A stretch of 26,403 bases of DNA from a virus (IMGVR_UViG_3300005805_000404:1-26403); one strand, 5' to 3'; positions 8,446 through 16,642 are shown, numbered from the stretch's first letter. Numbers and translations: made by a program. The notes: generated by a model from the letters alone, not told the origin.

Positions 8446-10371
8446 TTACAGTGCCAATCCACCACTTGATGCTCCAGGGACTCCTGGGCCACCAAATTCT
8501 TCTGCTATCGCCTCTGCAGGTGCTAGACCTGCATTAGGATTCATACCAGCCATTAACTCATCTAGAGTCATGTTCTGTTGTTCCAATGGCGGTTGTTCCA
8601 TCATTGGCACTTCTTGAGGTACTTCTTCAACTGGTTGTTCTACTGGAACTTCTGGTTGTTGTATAGGTGTTAATATAAAGTTAGGATCATATCCTAAATC
8701 TTTAATAGCCATTCTTAATGCATTAGTTGGATCATAACCTAGTTGTGTTAATGCAGGTATAACTGATTGTAGAGTTTGTATACCACGCTGTGCTCTTGTT
8801 GCAGGATTTAATGCTCTTGTAGATCCACCTTCTACAGATACTTTAAACTCTCCATAAATATCTGATGGTGATACATTTAACCACATAGAACCATTTGGTC
8901 CAGCAATTCTAATTGCTCTCTGATCATCTAAGAATTCTTGACATAGTAATAATATTCTTAAACCTATTCCTGATATTGATGCTTCTAATGAAGCTAACTT
9001 ATCTTGTGCTCTTAGTGTTGCAACTCCATCTACTACTGCTGCTGCAGTTGCAGACATTCTATCTGCTCCTACTCCACCAGCTTGGAAATCATTAATACCT
9101 AATACTTGTTGCATAGCATCTTGAAGTTTGTCATCCATTACATATGCATCTGAAGGTGTTGCTTGTCTTGATAATGGTCTTACAACATCATCTAAGCTAG
9201 CTGCTTCAGGTACATCAAATACAACTACTTGATCTGGTATTGGTGATTCTAATTGTTTCTTTAACTCTGGAGTCATGTGGCGTTTTCTTACAGCATATTT
9301 ATTACCACTTCTCTTTAAGTCATCAATCTGTGCTCTTGTTACTTCACCTAACATTAATTGAATACCTGCAATGTTTTCTAAATCTCCAAATGACCAGAAC
9401 TGCATACCACCATCATTATAATTTCTAAAGTGTACAAATGGTGAGTATCTGTGTTGATAAGGTATTGGACCTTCATATAATGGTTCTGATGCATCTATTT
9501 GAAATACAGTTAATTCTCTTGTAGCTAAATCATAGAACTCATAAACAACTACATATGATAATACTTCTGGTAGAGTTGTTTGACCATTAAGATAAGTTGA
9601 TACTAAAGCATCTGATGCAATAGTTGCATCTACAGATAGATTTACATCTTCTCCATATTTTTCTCTAACATCATCATAAGGTAATCTTAATCTCTGACAT
9701 ACCCATCTTGCTGCATCTAATCTTCTTGCATCTCTTGATACGAACATATCATAAGGTGATACATATTCAACGAATGGATCATCTGATTCAACTCTTTCAT
9801 ATGTTGATTGTGCTTCATTCTTTTCTGATAGATCTGCTGTTTCTGGAGCAAATCCTCCATCTTTATTTGTTGCCTCTGCTTGATCTACTTCCATTAAAGC
9901 TTCATCCATATTTAAATCTGATGGAGTTTGTTTATATTCTTTAACTACATAATCCCATCCTACTTTACAGAAACCATTTCCTAATTTAATCATATCTTCT
10001 GTTGCTGACTTAACATCGTCAGTAGCATTTGTTCTCTTCCAGAAATATTGTAGAACTGCTTGTGCAAATGTAGCATTATCTTCTGCTGTATTATCTTGAC
10101 CTCCAATAGGAACAACAAGCATCTGTGGATCTCTTGATACTATGCTTGTAACCATTAATGATAAATGTGGTAGTGTATAATTTATTGTCTTAAGAATATT
10201 TCCTGGAATTGGTGTTGGTGTTAAATCTGCAAAGTCTTTTGCATTCAGGTCTCTCCTCAAGCCTGTTCTATATAATCCTTCTAAAATCTTCCAGTGTTGA
10301 TGTAGTGGATCCATTCTTCTAATAGCATCACGAAGTAACATCTGCTTATCATTTAATGTAAATTTTTTCAT
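8446..10371 (-). CDS. Portal protein, P22-like (641 aa)
   Basis: 'DMIKLGNGFCKVGWD', 'VEYVSPYDMFV', 'ARWVCQR', 'LGINDFQAG', 'ATAA', and a Gln/Pro-rich tail; follows terL. Confidence 0.9.
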   Translation of the reverse strand: MKKFTLNDKQMLLRDAIRRMDPLHQHWKILEGLYRTGLRRDLNAKDFADLTPTPIPGNILKTINYTLPHLSLMVTSIVSRDPQMLVVPIGGQDNTAEDNATFAQAVLQYFWKRTNATDDVKSATEDMIKLGNGFCKVGWDYVVKEYKQTPSDLNMDEALMEVDQAEATNKDGGFAPETADLSEKNEAQSTYERVESDDPFVEYVSPYDMFVSRDARRLDAARWVCQRLRLPYDDVREKYGEDVNLSVDATIASDALVSTYLNGQTTLPEVLSYVVVYEFYDLATRELTVFQIDASEPLYEGPIPYQHRYSPFVHFRNYNDGGMQFWSFGDLENIAGIQLMLGEVTRAQIDDLKRSGNKYAVRKRHMTPELKKQLESPIPDQVVVFDVPEAASLDDVVRPLSRQATPSDAYVMDDKLQDAMQQVLGINDFQAGGVGADRMSATAAAVVDGVATLRAQDKLASLEASISGIGLRILLLCQEFLDDQRAIRIAGPNGSMWLNVSPSDIYGEFKVSVEGGSTRALNPATRAQRGIQTLQSVIPALTQLGYDPTNALRMAIKDLGYDPNFILTPIQQPEVPVEQPVEEVPQEVPMMEQPPLEQQNMTLDELMAGMNPNAGLAPAEAIAEEFGGPGVPGASSGGLAL

Positions 10372-10399
10372 ATTTTATTCCTTTGTGGTTTGTGGGTTG

Positions 10400-12115
10400 T
10401 TAATCATAATACATACCTCCACCTAAAGAGAAACTCTCCCAGGCTTCTTGCTGTGCTAGTTCTGCATCTGCGATCATCTTCTTACGAATCTCACGCATCT
10501 TTGTAAACTCGACAGTGATAGTATTATCATTATTAATTTTTACTGGGGCGATGATATCTAAGTTCTCTGTTAGTGACCATAGTGCTATTGCTAATGACAT
10601 AACTAAGTCGTCATGACATCCATAATCTGCTGCATATCTTACACCACCTGAAGGTAATTCTTGTCTAACAAATTGATGTAGTTCTTCTAATAATGCTTTA
10701 TGTACTCCTCTTAATGATGGATTTGTTGTATTAGCATTTGATAAATAATCTGCAAGTTTATCTATAACCATTCTTCTTCTATCTGCAGTCATAGGGAATG
10801 AAAATAATCTATCTGAATATTTAGCACCTTTTCTACCTGTTGGTCTAAATACATAAGGGTTAGGATAATTTAAATTTCTATGTAATTCATTAATTGGTAG
10901 TTGACCTTGACCTCCTTGATCTTCTACTGCTAGTAATGCAGCTGATTCTTTACCTGCAAAGAATCTTCCTAGTCTATCTATATCTAAAGCCCAGTCAACT
11001 GGTTCTGTTGTATTACTTTGATAGTATGCAACTATTCTTGGTATGTTATCTATATCTGATGTTAATACATGTGCAGTTGAATAGTCACCGCCTTTACCTT
11101 GTGCAGGGTCAGCACCAATAAAATATCTTTGTTCTGTATCTGGATATTCTGCAATATGTAATGGACCTTCATCATCTAATATAAAACTAATTCCATTTTC
11201 ATCTTCAGTTAAATAACCTCTATATTGCATCTCATCACCATCATGAGGTAAATTAATAAATCGTGGATTACCAGATTCTCTAAATGCTTCTACATCGTTT
11301 GATGGATACTCTGAATAAAACTCCCATGGATTAGCTGAGAACTCTCTACGCTTTGCTTCATATTCTTTTATTGTAATTAATTTAGATGCAGACCATGGTT
11401 GAAATATTGGAACAAATTGATTTGTTTTATTTTTAGCTGCTTTATATATTTTAGCAAATTCATTATATGCACCACGAGCAGTTGAGATAATTAATATTTT
11501 ACCACCAGCGTCAGTAGTAGGCATAATTGTTCTATAAGTATTTGTTGGATCTTCCATGAGTGCGAACTCATCAAGAACTACCATGGTTGCAGTTTCACCA
11601 GCACCTGCAGTCTCTGTACCAGCAAATGATTTAACTTGACATTTCATTCCATCTGCAAATTCAAATTCTAATTTATACTCTGCAGCTTTTTCTAATTTAG
11701 GTCCTCTTTCTTTCATCCATTGAGGTAAGAATTGATACATGAACTTAACCATGCCTAAGTTTTTATTTGCTGAGTCTTGATTCTTAGAAACTAATAATAG
11801 GTTTGATCCTGGTTGAAATAATGAATGCCATAATATATCTGCCATGGCTAAAGTTGTATAACCTAACTGACGAGCTTTTACTATTATCGTGAAACGATTA
11901 TCATTCCAGGTATCTAATGCTTCTTCTTGATAATCAAATAAGTCAAATTGTGTTCTTCCTCTTACATCCCATTTTGGTTGTACTTGTATAAATACATAGT
12001 TACGCATAAAATATTTTTTATCTGCAGCACACTTACGCCATTCTAACTCTACCCATAGCTTTTGTTTTTTGCGTGCTAATTTATGATCAGAAACCTTTGT
12101 CGAAGTCGTCATCAT
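10400..12115 (-). CDS. terL: Terminase large subunit (571 aa)
   Basis: Walker A KARQLGYT, Walker B VVLDEFA, coupling motif ISTARG, and RNase H-like nuclease motifs IGADPA..DYS and HDDLVMSLA. Confidence 0.95.
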   Translation of the reverse strand: MMTTSTKVSDHKLARKKQKLWVELEWRKCAADKKYFMRNYVFIQVQPKWDVRGRTQFDLFDYQEEALDTWNDNRFTIIVKARQLGYTTLAMADILWHSLFQPGSNLLLVSKNQDSANKNLGMVKFMYQFLPQWMKERGPKLEKAAEYKLEFEFADGMKCQVKSFAGTETAGAGETATMVVLDEFALMEDPTNTYRTIMPTTDAGGKILIISTARGAYNEFAKIYKAAKNKTNQFVPIFQPWSASKLITIKEYEAKRREFSANPWEFYSEYPSNDVEAFRESGNPRFINLPHDGDEMQYRGYLTEDENGISFILDDEGPLHIAEYPDTEQRYFIGADPAQGKGGDYSTAHVLTSDIDNIPRIVAYYQSNTTEPVDWALDIDRLGRFFAGKESAALLAVEDQGGQGQLPINELHRNLNYPNPYVFRPTGRKGAKYSDRLFSFPMTADRRRMVIDKLADYLSNANTTNPSLRGVHKALLEELHQFVRQELPSGGVRYAADYGCHDDLVMSLAIALWSLTENLDIIAPVKINNDNTITVEFTKMREIRKKMIADAELAQQEAWESFSLGGGMYYD

Positions 12116-12353
12116 CAGTTATACCTGTTCCTTCTTCGTATGATTTCTTAATAACTTCTGCTGATTTAAATAATAGATTTAAGGATTCACTCCATCCTTC
12201 TCCATTTGGTCTTAATAAAGAATAACCAGCATTACCTTCTTCATCAATAAATTCAAATACTACTATAGCAGAACCAATCATACCGCCATCACCTATAATA
12301 TTCTTTGATTGTTCGTGTATAAAATTTCTAAGATCATCCATATTTTTAAACAT
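12087..12353 (-). CDS. Hypothetical protein between terS and terL (MFKNMDDLRNFIHEQ..., ~88 aa)
   Basis: The 3' part of the track ORF 12087-12581 fills the gap after the terS stop, with AAAGGAAG upstream. Exact start uncertain. Confidence 0.6.
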   Translation of the reverse strand: MFKNMDDLRNFIHEQSKNIIGDGGMIGSAIVVFEFIDEEGNAGYSLLRPNGEGWSESLNLLFKSAEVIKKSYEEGTGITDDDDFDKGF

Positions 12354-12381
12354 AGGTTCAATAACTTCCTTTCTGATTTGA

Positions 12382-12903
12382 TCAGCTATTCTGAAGATTG
12401 ACTTCGTAGCCTTTGGACCTAAGATAATCCACAACATTGGCTTCACCAAGAAGTGTAATCGAGTCGATAATAAGTTGATCAAGCGAAAGGCCAGCAAGAT
12501 CCGAAGTCCTTGCAGCCGATTCTTCAGCAACGAAATCTTTCCCATAAGTCTTGAAATATAGGTCGAGATATTTTGGATCACCTGTTAACGCTCCTTTTAC
12601 TAGTGTTGATTTTATCTGTGTATATTCATCTTCTTCAGAAGATTCAGGTTCATCTGCTATGATAGCAGGTGTTCCATCTACCGATACAGCTGATAGTCCA
12701 TTATTAACTCTTGTCGCTTGCTTCTTTTCAACAAGAGCCTTGAACATAGGATCATTCTGCCATCTTCTAAGGGTTCTATCAGAGACTTTATTAGCCTGGG
12801 CATACTCTTCCTTGGTTCTAGGTAGATTAAGTCTCTCTTTTTGTTCTGGCTCTAATATAAGCCAGTTAGCATATGACTCCCATTGAGGACTTGTGTGGCT
12901 CAT
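12382..12903 (-). CDS. terS: Terminase small subunit (HTH, 173 aa)
   Basis: 'WL..P...RL.PRTKEEYA...KVSDRTLRRWQNDPMF' HTH and 'ALTGDPKYLDLYF'; first gene of the packaging operon; RBS AAGGAG. Confidence 0.75.
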   Translation of the reverse strand: MSHTSPQWESYANWLILEPEQKERLNLPRTKEEYAQANKVSDRTLRRWQNDPMFKALVEKKQATRVNNGLSAVSVDGTPAIIADEPESSEEDEYTQIKSTLVKGALTGDPKYLDLYFKTYGKDFVAEESAARTSDLAGLSLDQLIIDSITLLGEANVVDYLRSKGYEVNLQNS

Positions 12904-12921
12904 ATATCTCCTTTAATAGAA

Positions 12922-13088
12922 TGAGAGAGCGGATCTTCCTTCCGAGAGCGATTGCTCACCATAGGAGGAGGTTGGGATATACTAGTGTCGATCTTTGACG
13001 AGAATTGCCCCTTAACTAAAAGTGGGATCCTCTAACATAATCACCAGTATTCATCGGATAGGCTCACATTAAATGATCCACCCTCTCA
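12922..13088 (-). ncRNA. Candidate structured RNA or cis-regulatory leader upstream of terS
   Basis: Five nested helices found by eye. Their mismatches become G-U pairs only on the minus strand. See findings. Confidence 0.6.
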
Positions 13089-13108
13089 CTATTATGTCCT
13101 ATTGGGGT
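13088..13108 (-). promoter_or_regulatory. Putative late promoter, copy 1 (ACCCCA-ATAGGACA-TAATAGT)
   Basis: Four-copy motif at the head of the packaging operon. Confidence 0.75.
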
Positions 13109-13196
13109 TTATTGTTATTATCAGTTTATTAAAAACATAATCTTGCATTCTATTAGTTATGTAGGTGGTTAATATTTTTTATATATGTGTAGAATT

Positions 13197-13270
13197 CACA
13201 GTAAAGTGCCGTTCGCTCGCTGCCCTTTAAGGGCTGCAGCGACCTGCAGTCTTTACTGTGCCGCCCACTC
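13197..13270. repeat. Nested inverted repeat element, copy A
   Basis: CACAGTAAAG (13197-13206) pairs with CTTTACTGTG (13251-13260) and encloses TCGCTGC/GCAGCGA and CCCT-TTA-AGGG. Confidence 0.8.
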
Positions 13271-13800
13271 GACCCAACTGGGGACACACACCCTTCAAAT
13301 TTGATTATCTAGATTGTTTTTTCCAGTAGGACAGCTAGTATACCTGTGTCCCTAGATATTCCTGTTCTTTTTGTCCTTCAGGTCCTATATAGGGTTGTCC
13401 AGAAAATAGGAGAAATAGGTGGGTTTTTTAAGATCGGACCGCTAAAAACTTGAAAAAATGGCGTTTTGATAGTATATATATAGTAGGACCTCCGCTGGGG
13501 GAAACTGGGTATCTGGAATATCTGGAATATCCTGAATTAAGACAGGAATATCCTGAGACCTGTGGTCTGTAGGTGTTCCTGATATTAAGGTTATTAGGCT
13601 AGACCCTATACAACCTAAAAAATAGGACAGTAATAAATAGGTTTGTCAAGTATTACTATCAACTTTGTTGACTTGATATCTTGATTATGGTAAAGGATAG
13701 GTGGAATAAAAAACAGGTTTTAGGAAATTCCAATCCACCCTACTAATCAATTTGTCAAGTATCTAAAAATCAATTGTTGATATTATCAACTTTGTTGATT
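13271..13800. other. Non-coding divergence region with clustered short repeats; possible replication origin or genome-end region
   Basis: No ORFs. Inverted repeat CTGGGGACACA/TGTGTCCCTAG (13278/13345); GGAATATC x3 (13516, 13525, 13545); TTTGTCAAGTAT x2 (~13642, 13751); TATCAACTTTGTTGA x2 (~13657, ~13784). Confidence 0.45.
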
Positions 13801-13804
13801 ATCC

Positions 13805-13837
13805 TACTTGCATTTATTTATTAATATCGGATAATAT
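13805..13837 (+). promoter_or_regulatory. Host sigma70/SigA-type early promoter P1
   Basis: TTGCAT (13808) followed by GATAAT/TAATAT. Shares TACTTG...TATCGGATAATA at identical spacing with the site at 15080. Confidence 0.6.
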
Positions 13838-13887
13838 AAATATAGATATTGAAATAAAAGTAAATATCTAAAACGAAAGGAAACAAT

Positions 13888-14064
13888 ATGAACAAAGGAA
13901 ACAATATGAACATAGAATCACTAAATAATGGCTTAGATTCACTACTCAATAAAATATCAGTTTTAGATTGCGAAATTTTACTTACTTTGAATGACATTAG
14001 TAATATTAGAAAACGACTTGATAGGATAAGAGAGGAATTGGAAAATATAAAAATAGCCAAGTAA
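13888..14064 (+). CDS. Small coiled-coil early protein (58 aa from 13888, or 52 aa from 13906; MNIESLNNGLDSLLNKISVLDCEILLTLND...); not in the ORF track
   Basis: Two in-frame ATGs, each preceded by AAAGGAAACAAT; open frame ending at TAA 14062-14064. Confidence 0.75.
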   Translation: MNKGNNMNIESLNNGLDSLLNKISVLDCEILLTLNDISNIRKRLDRIREELENIKIAK

Positions 14065-14114
14065 GTCGAAACCGCCCTAGGCGGTCTAGGTGTAAAGCAC
14101 CTACTGATGAGACT
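14064..14114 (+). ncRNA. Type II hammerhead ribozyme
   Basis: AGTC-GAAA-CCGCC-CTA-GGCGG-TC^TAGGTG-TAAAG-CACCTA-CTGATGA-GACT. Complete catalytic core (CUGAUGA, GAAA, GUC cleavage triplet) with three perfect stems. Confidence 0.95.
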
Positions 14115-14133
14115 AAGAGAAAGGAATCAGCAC

Positions 14134-14319
14134 ATGGAACTAAAAATAGGCAGTAACTACACTACTACAAAAAGCGGTGTAACAGGAATAATTAAGAGAG
14201 TAGATACTTATGCTACAGTATGCAGAATATTACTAGATATAGAGGGACAGGATAGATGGACTACCCTACCTATCAAGAAATCAACTATTAAGACACAGAA
14301 AAGAAAGGCGGTAAAATAA
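14134..14319 (+). CDS. Small beta-barrel-like early protein (MELKIGSNYTTTKSGVTGII..., 61 aa)
   Basis: ATG at 14134 follows AAAGGA. The track start at 14107 lies inside the ribozyme core. Confidence 0.75.
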   Translation: MELKIGSNYTTTKSGVTGIIKRVDTYATVCRILLDIEGQDRWTTLPIKKSTIKTQKRKAVK

Positions 14320-14924
14320 TGAGTAATAAACTATCACCACTATTGATTGCACTAGAGAAATCCTATGAGTCAATAGCAAAGAAAACAGGTGCTCCAAAAG
14401 CAACCCTAGTTATCTCTAGAAAAACAGGTAACACCATGGGTCATTGGACTAGTCTAGCGGTATGGTCTAACGGTCAGGATAAGTATAATGAACTTATGAT
14501 ATCAGGAGATTACCTAGACAGAACTTCCGAGGAACTCCTAGGCACTCTATTACATGAGATAGCACATGCTATCAATACGGCTAAAGGTGTTAAGGATTGC
14601 AGCAGTAATCAATATCATAACAGGAACTTCAAGAATGAGGCAGAGGCACTAGGTCTTAATACTAAATTCTCAGATGGTCGCGGATTCGCTACTACAACTA
14701 TCTCTGAAGAGGGATTGAATAGGTGGGCAAAGGAACTTGAATTGATCAAAAATGCTAAAAATCTATCAGTCCCACGCCAAGTAGTAAAAACAAAAGGCAG
14801 AGATACTAACTATAAGAGTTATAAGTGTGATTGTGGATATGTAATTAGAATGAGTAAATCTACTTATGAATTATCATCTCCAACATGCAGTATATGTAAT
14901 GAAAGTTTTAGGGGGGTAATATAA
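14319..14924 (+). CDS. SprT-like zinc metalloprotease
   Basis: TLLHEIAH...YHNRNFK..A..LGL and a C-terminal zinc ribbon CDC...CSIC. Confidence 0.85.
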   Translation: MSNKLSPLLIALEKSYESIAKKTGAPKATLVISRKTGNTMGHWTSLAVWSNGQDKYNELMISGDYLDRTSEELLGTLLHEIAHAINTAKGVKDCSSNQYHNRNFKNEAEALGLNTKFSDGRGFATTTISEEGLNRWAKELELIKNAKNLSVPRQVVKTKGRDTNYKSYKCDCGYVIRMSKSTYELSSPTCSICNESFRGVI

Positions 14925-14925
14925 A

Positions 14926-15060
14926 ATGACTACAGAAAGTATTTTAATATACACAACAGAGACACCAAGAAAGCGTAGCGGTTGTAATGACCCTAGATGT
15001 TGCGACCAAAACTTTTATGAGTATGCAAGTAAAGAATGGAATGAAGGAGTAATGAATTAA
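14926..15060 (+). CDS. Small Cys-containing protein (44 aa, MTTESILIY...GCNDPRCCDQ...); not in the ORF track
   Basis: Open frame starting 1 nt after the SprT stop, with GGGGG upstream. Confidence 0.55.
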   Translation: MTTESILIYTTETPRKRSGCNDPRCCDQNFYEYASKEWNEGVMN

Positions 15061-15079
15061 GACAGAAATTATCAACAGA

Positions 15080-15111
15080 TACTTGACAGATAATCAGAGT
15101 ATCGGATAATA
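15080..15111 (+). promoter_or_regulatory. Host sigma70/SigA-type early promoter P2
   Basis: Perfect TTGACA at 15083 and GATAAT at 15105, intergenic, followed by the hairpin GGTAGTGA/TCACTACC (15119-15148). Confidence 0.7.
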
Positions 15112-15177
15112 AATAATAGGTAGTGATGAAAAAGAAGTAGTCACTACCAAGTATAAAGTAAGAAAGGAAAAAAAGAA

Positions 15178-15420
15178 ATGAATAAATATAAAGTATATGC
15201 TACCGCTACTATAAACTATGAAGTAGAGGTAGAGGGTAATAGTGAGATAGAGGCACTATCTACTCTTGATGATTGGATACAGGATGACTTTGAAGACTAT
15301 AAGGTTCATGGGTCTTGGGACTTTACAGTAGAAGAAATAGAAGATCCATATACAGAATACTACTCTAAGGTGGAGCAGTATTATGCAGATACAACAAGAG
15401 AGGAGCAAGACAATGAATAA
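15178..15420 (+). CDS. Hypothetical acidic protein (80 aa)
   Basis: RBS AAAGGA; 'YKVYATATINYEVEVEGNSEIEA' resembles a common small phage protein pattern. Confidence 0.8.
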   Translation: MNKYKVYATATINYEVEVEGNSEIEALSTLDDWIQDDFEDYKVHGSWDFTVEEIEDPYTEYYSKVEQYYADTTREEQDNE

Positions 15421-15532
15421 TATAAATATATTGTGTGAGATATGTGATGAACAACCTCCACGCACTATTGAAAGTAAATACTGCCAAGATTGTAGAGACT
15501 GGTTAAAAGGAGAGGAGGACTACAATGAGTAA
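15413..15532 (+). CDS. Small zinc-finger protein (39 aa, CEICDE...YCQDC); not in the ORF track
   Basis: RBS GAGGAG, two CxxC motifs, overlaps both neighbours. Confidence 0.7.
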   Translation: MNNINILCEICDEQPPRTIESKYCQDCRDWLKGEEDYNE

Positions 15533-15791
15533 AGTAAAAGATATAATAGAAAGACTATCTCAGTTAGACCCTGAGAGCGAACTTATAATCGCTTATTGGG
15601 ACTTAGAGACAGTTAATGATTGGGATGCTGCAGGTTATGATGAAGTTACTGATGAACCTATCCAACTAACTAAAGAGCAGTGGTCTAAAGTAGTAGAATA
15701 TTATCAAGATAGAGTTACTACTTGGGGTCAAGATGTTGAAGATATAATCTCTGAAGCACTAGAGATAGAAGAGAGGTGGCATCTATCATGA
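15525..15791 (+). CDS. Hypothetical protein (88 aa)
   Basis: RBS GAGGA; 'KVKDIIERLSQLDPESEL' is a common small phage protein start. Confidence 0.8.
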   Translation: MSKVKDIIERLSQLDPESELIIAYWDLETVNDWDAAGYDEVTDEPIQLTKEQWSKVVEYYQDRVTTWGQDVEDIISEALEIEERWHLS

Positions 15792-15922
15792 TAAACTACT
15801 TTGATAACTTACTATTATGTATTAAGAACCACCATATTAGATATGCTAATAAAGGTGGGGCAGTATGCATAGAGTGTGTAGAGTGTCATAATATTTTAGT
15901 AGTGTTAGGAGATATCCAATGA
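15788..15922 (+). CDS. Small Cys/His protein (44 aa, ...HHIRYA...CIECVECHNIL); not in the ORF track
   Basis: ATGA overlaps at both ends; RBS GAGGTG. Confidence 0.7.
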   Translation: MINYFDNLLLCIKNHHIRYANKGGAVCIECVECHNILVVLGDIQ

Positions 15923-16200
15923 CTAGATACTTACACAAGCATAGACCACTATTTGAAATAGTCTCTGACATAAAAGCAGATTATAAAAAGATGCCTAAGT
16001 ATGTAAGAGATACACTCGATGACTTGGCTCAACACAATCAAGTCACTGACTTAAAGATAAGAAGAGAAGATGGCAGTAGATGTTCAGGTCATATATATGT
16101 CCAACTATCTCTGATGGTATTAGGTAAATACAATACAGAAAAGTCTGAAGATCTAAAGAATGAACTCAGATATATCATGAGAATGGGAGGAAGAATATGA
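15919..16200 (+). CDS. Hypothetical protein (93 aa)
   Basis: RBS AGGAG; ATGA translational coupling. Confidence 0.75.
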   Translation: MTRYLHKHRPLFEIVSDIKADYKKMPKYVRDTLDDLAQHNQVTDLKIRREDGSRCSGHIYVQLSLMVLGKYNTEKSEDLKNELRYIMRMGGRI

Positions 16201-16340
16201 GAAAAGAAAAAAGAATAGAGATACTAAGAAAAGAGTATGCAAGAGCAGTAATGAACCCATTATTTGATAACCCTGCAGACTACTGCATATTACTTGACTT
16301 AATACAAGATGAGATAGAAAGATTGGAGGTAAGGAAATGA
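16197..16340 (+). CDS. Small helical protein (47 aa, MRKEKRIEILRKEYARAVMNPLF...); not in the ORF track
   Basis: RBS GGAGG; ATGA overlaps at both ends. Confidence 0.75.
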   Translation: MRKEKRIEILRKEYARAVMNPLFDNPADYCILLDLIQDEIERLEVRK

Positions 16341-16642
16341 GTAATCAATTAGTAAAAGGCAATGACACTGCAGAACTATTGTTCAGAGCGGTTCAAGTTA
16401 AATGGTATAATGCTAGTCCAAGAGTAAAACACTGGCTCGGCACTATAGGAGAAGCCTATCAGGCGGTGATAGATGGAGACGAAAATCGTCTCATCAATCT
16501 ACCAACAGAGGCTACTACAAAATCAGGTGAGACCAAAGATAAGGCTATAAATATCTTGATAGGTTTCAATGATTGGCTAGGAAGAGATATCGTATGGAGA
16601 TGTCTCGATACTGCTAGAGAGAATAATGGAGATCTCTACTAG
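16337..16642 (+). CDS. Hypothetical protein (101 aa)
   Basis: RBS GGAGGT; ATGA translational coupling. Confidence 0.75.
   Translation: MSNQLVKGNDTAELLFRAVQVKWYNASPRVKHWLGTIGEAYQAVIDGDENRLINLPTEATTKSGETKDKAINILIGFNDWLGRDIVWRCLDTARENNGDLY

Noticed and set aside
12354-12581. Long overlap of track ORF 12087-12581 with terS, suggesting overprinting or a frameshift
   Set aside because: No RBS at 12581 and no slippery site seen; a start after the terS stop explains it more simply.
14107-14133. Track start codon at 14107
   Set aside because: The ATG is part of the ribozyme CUGAUGA core; the ATG at 14134 has the RBS.
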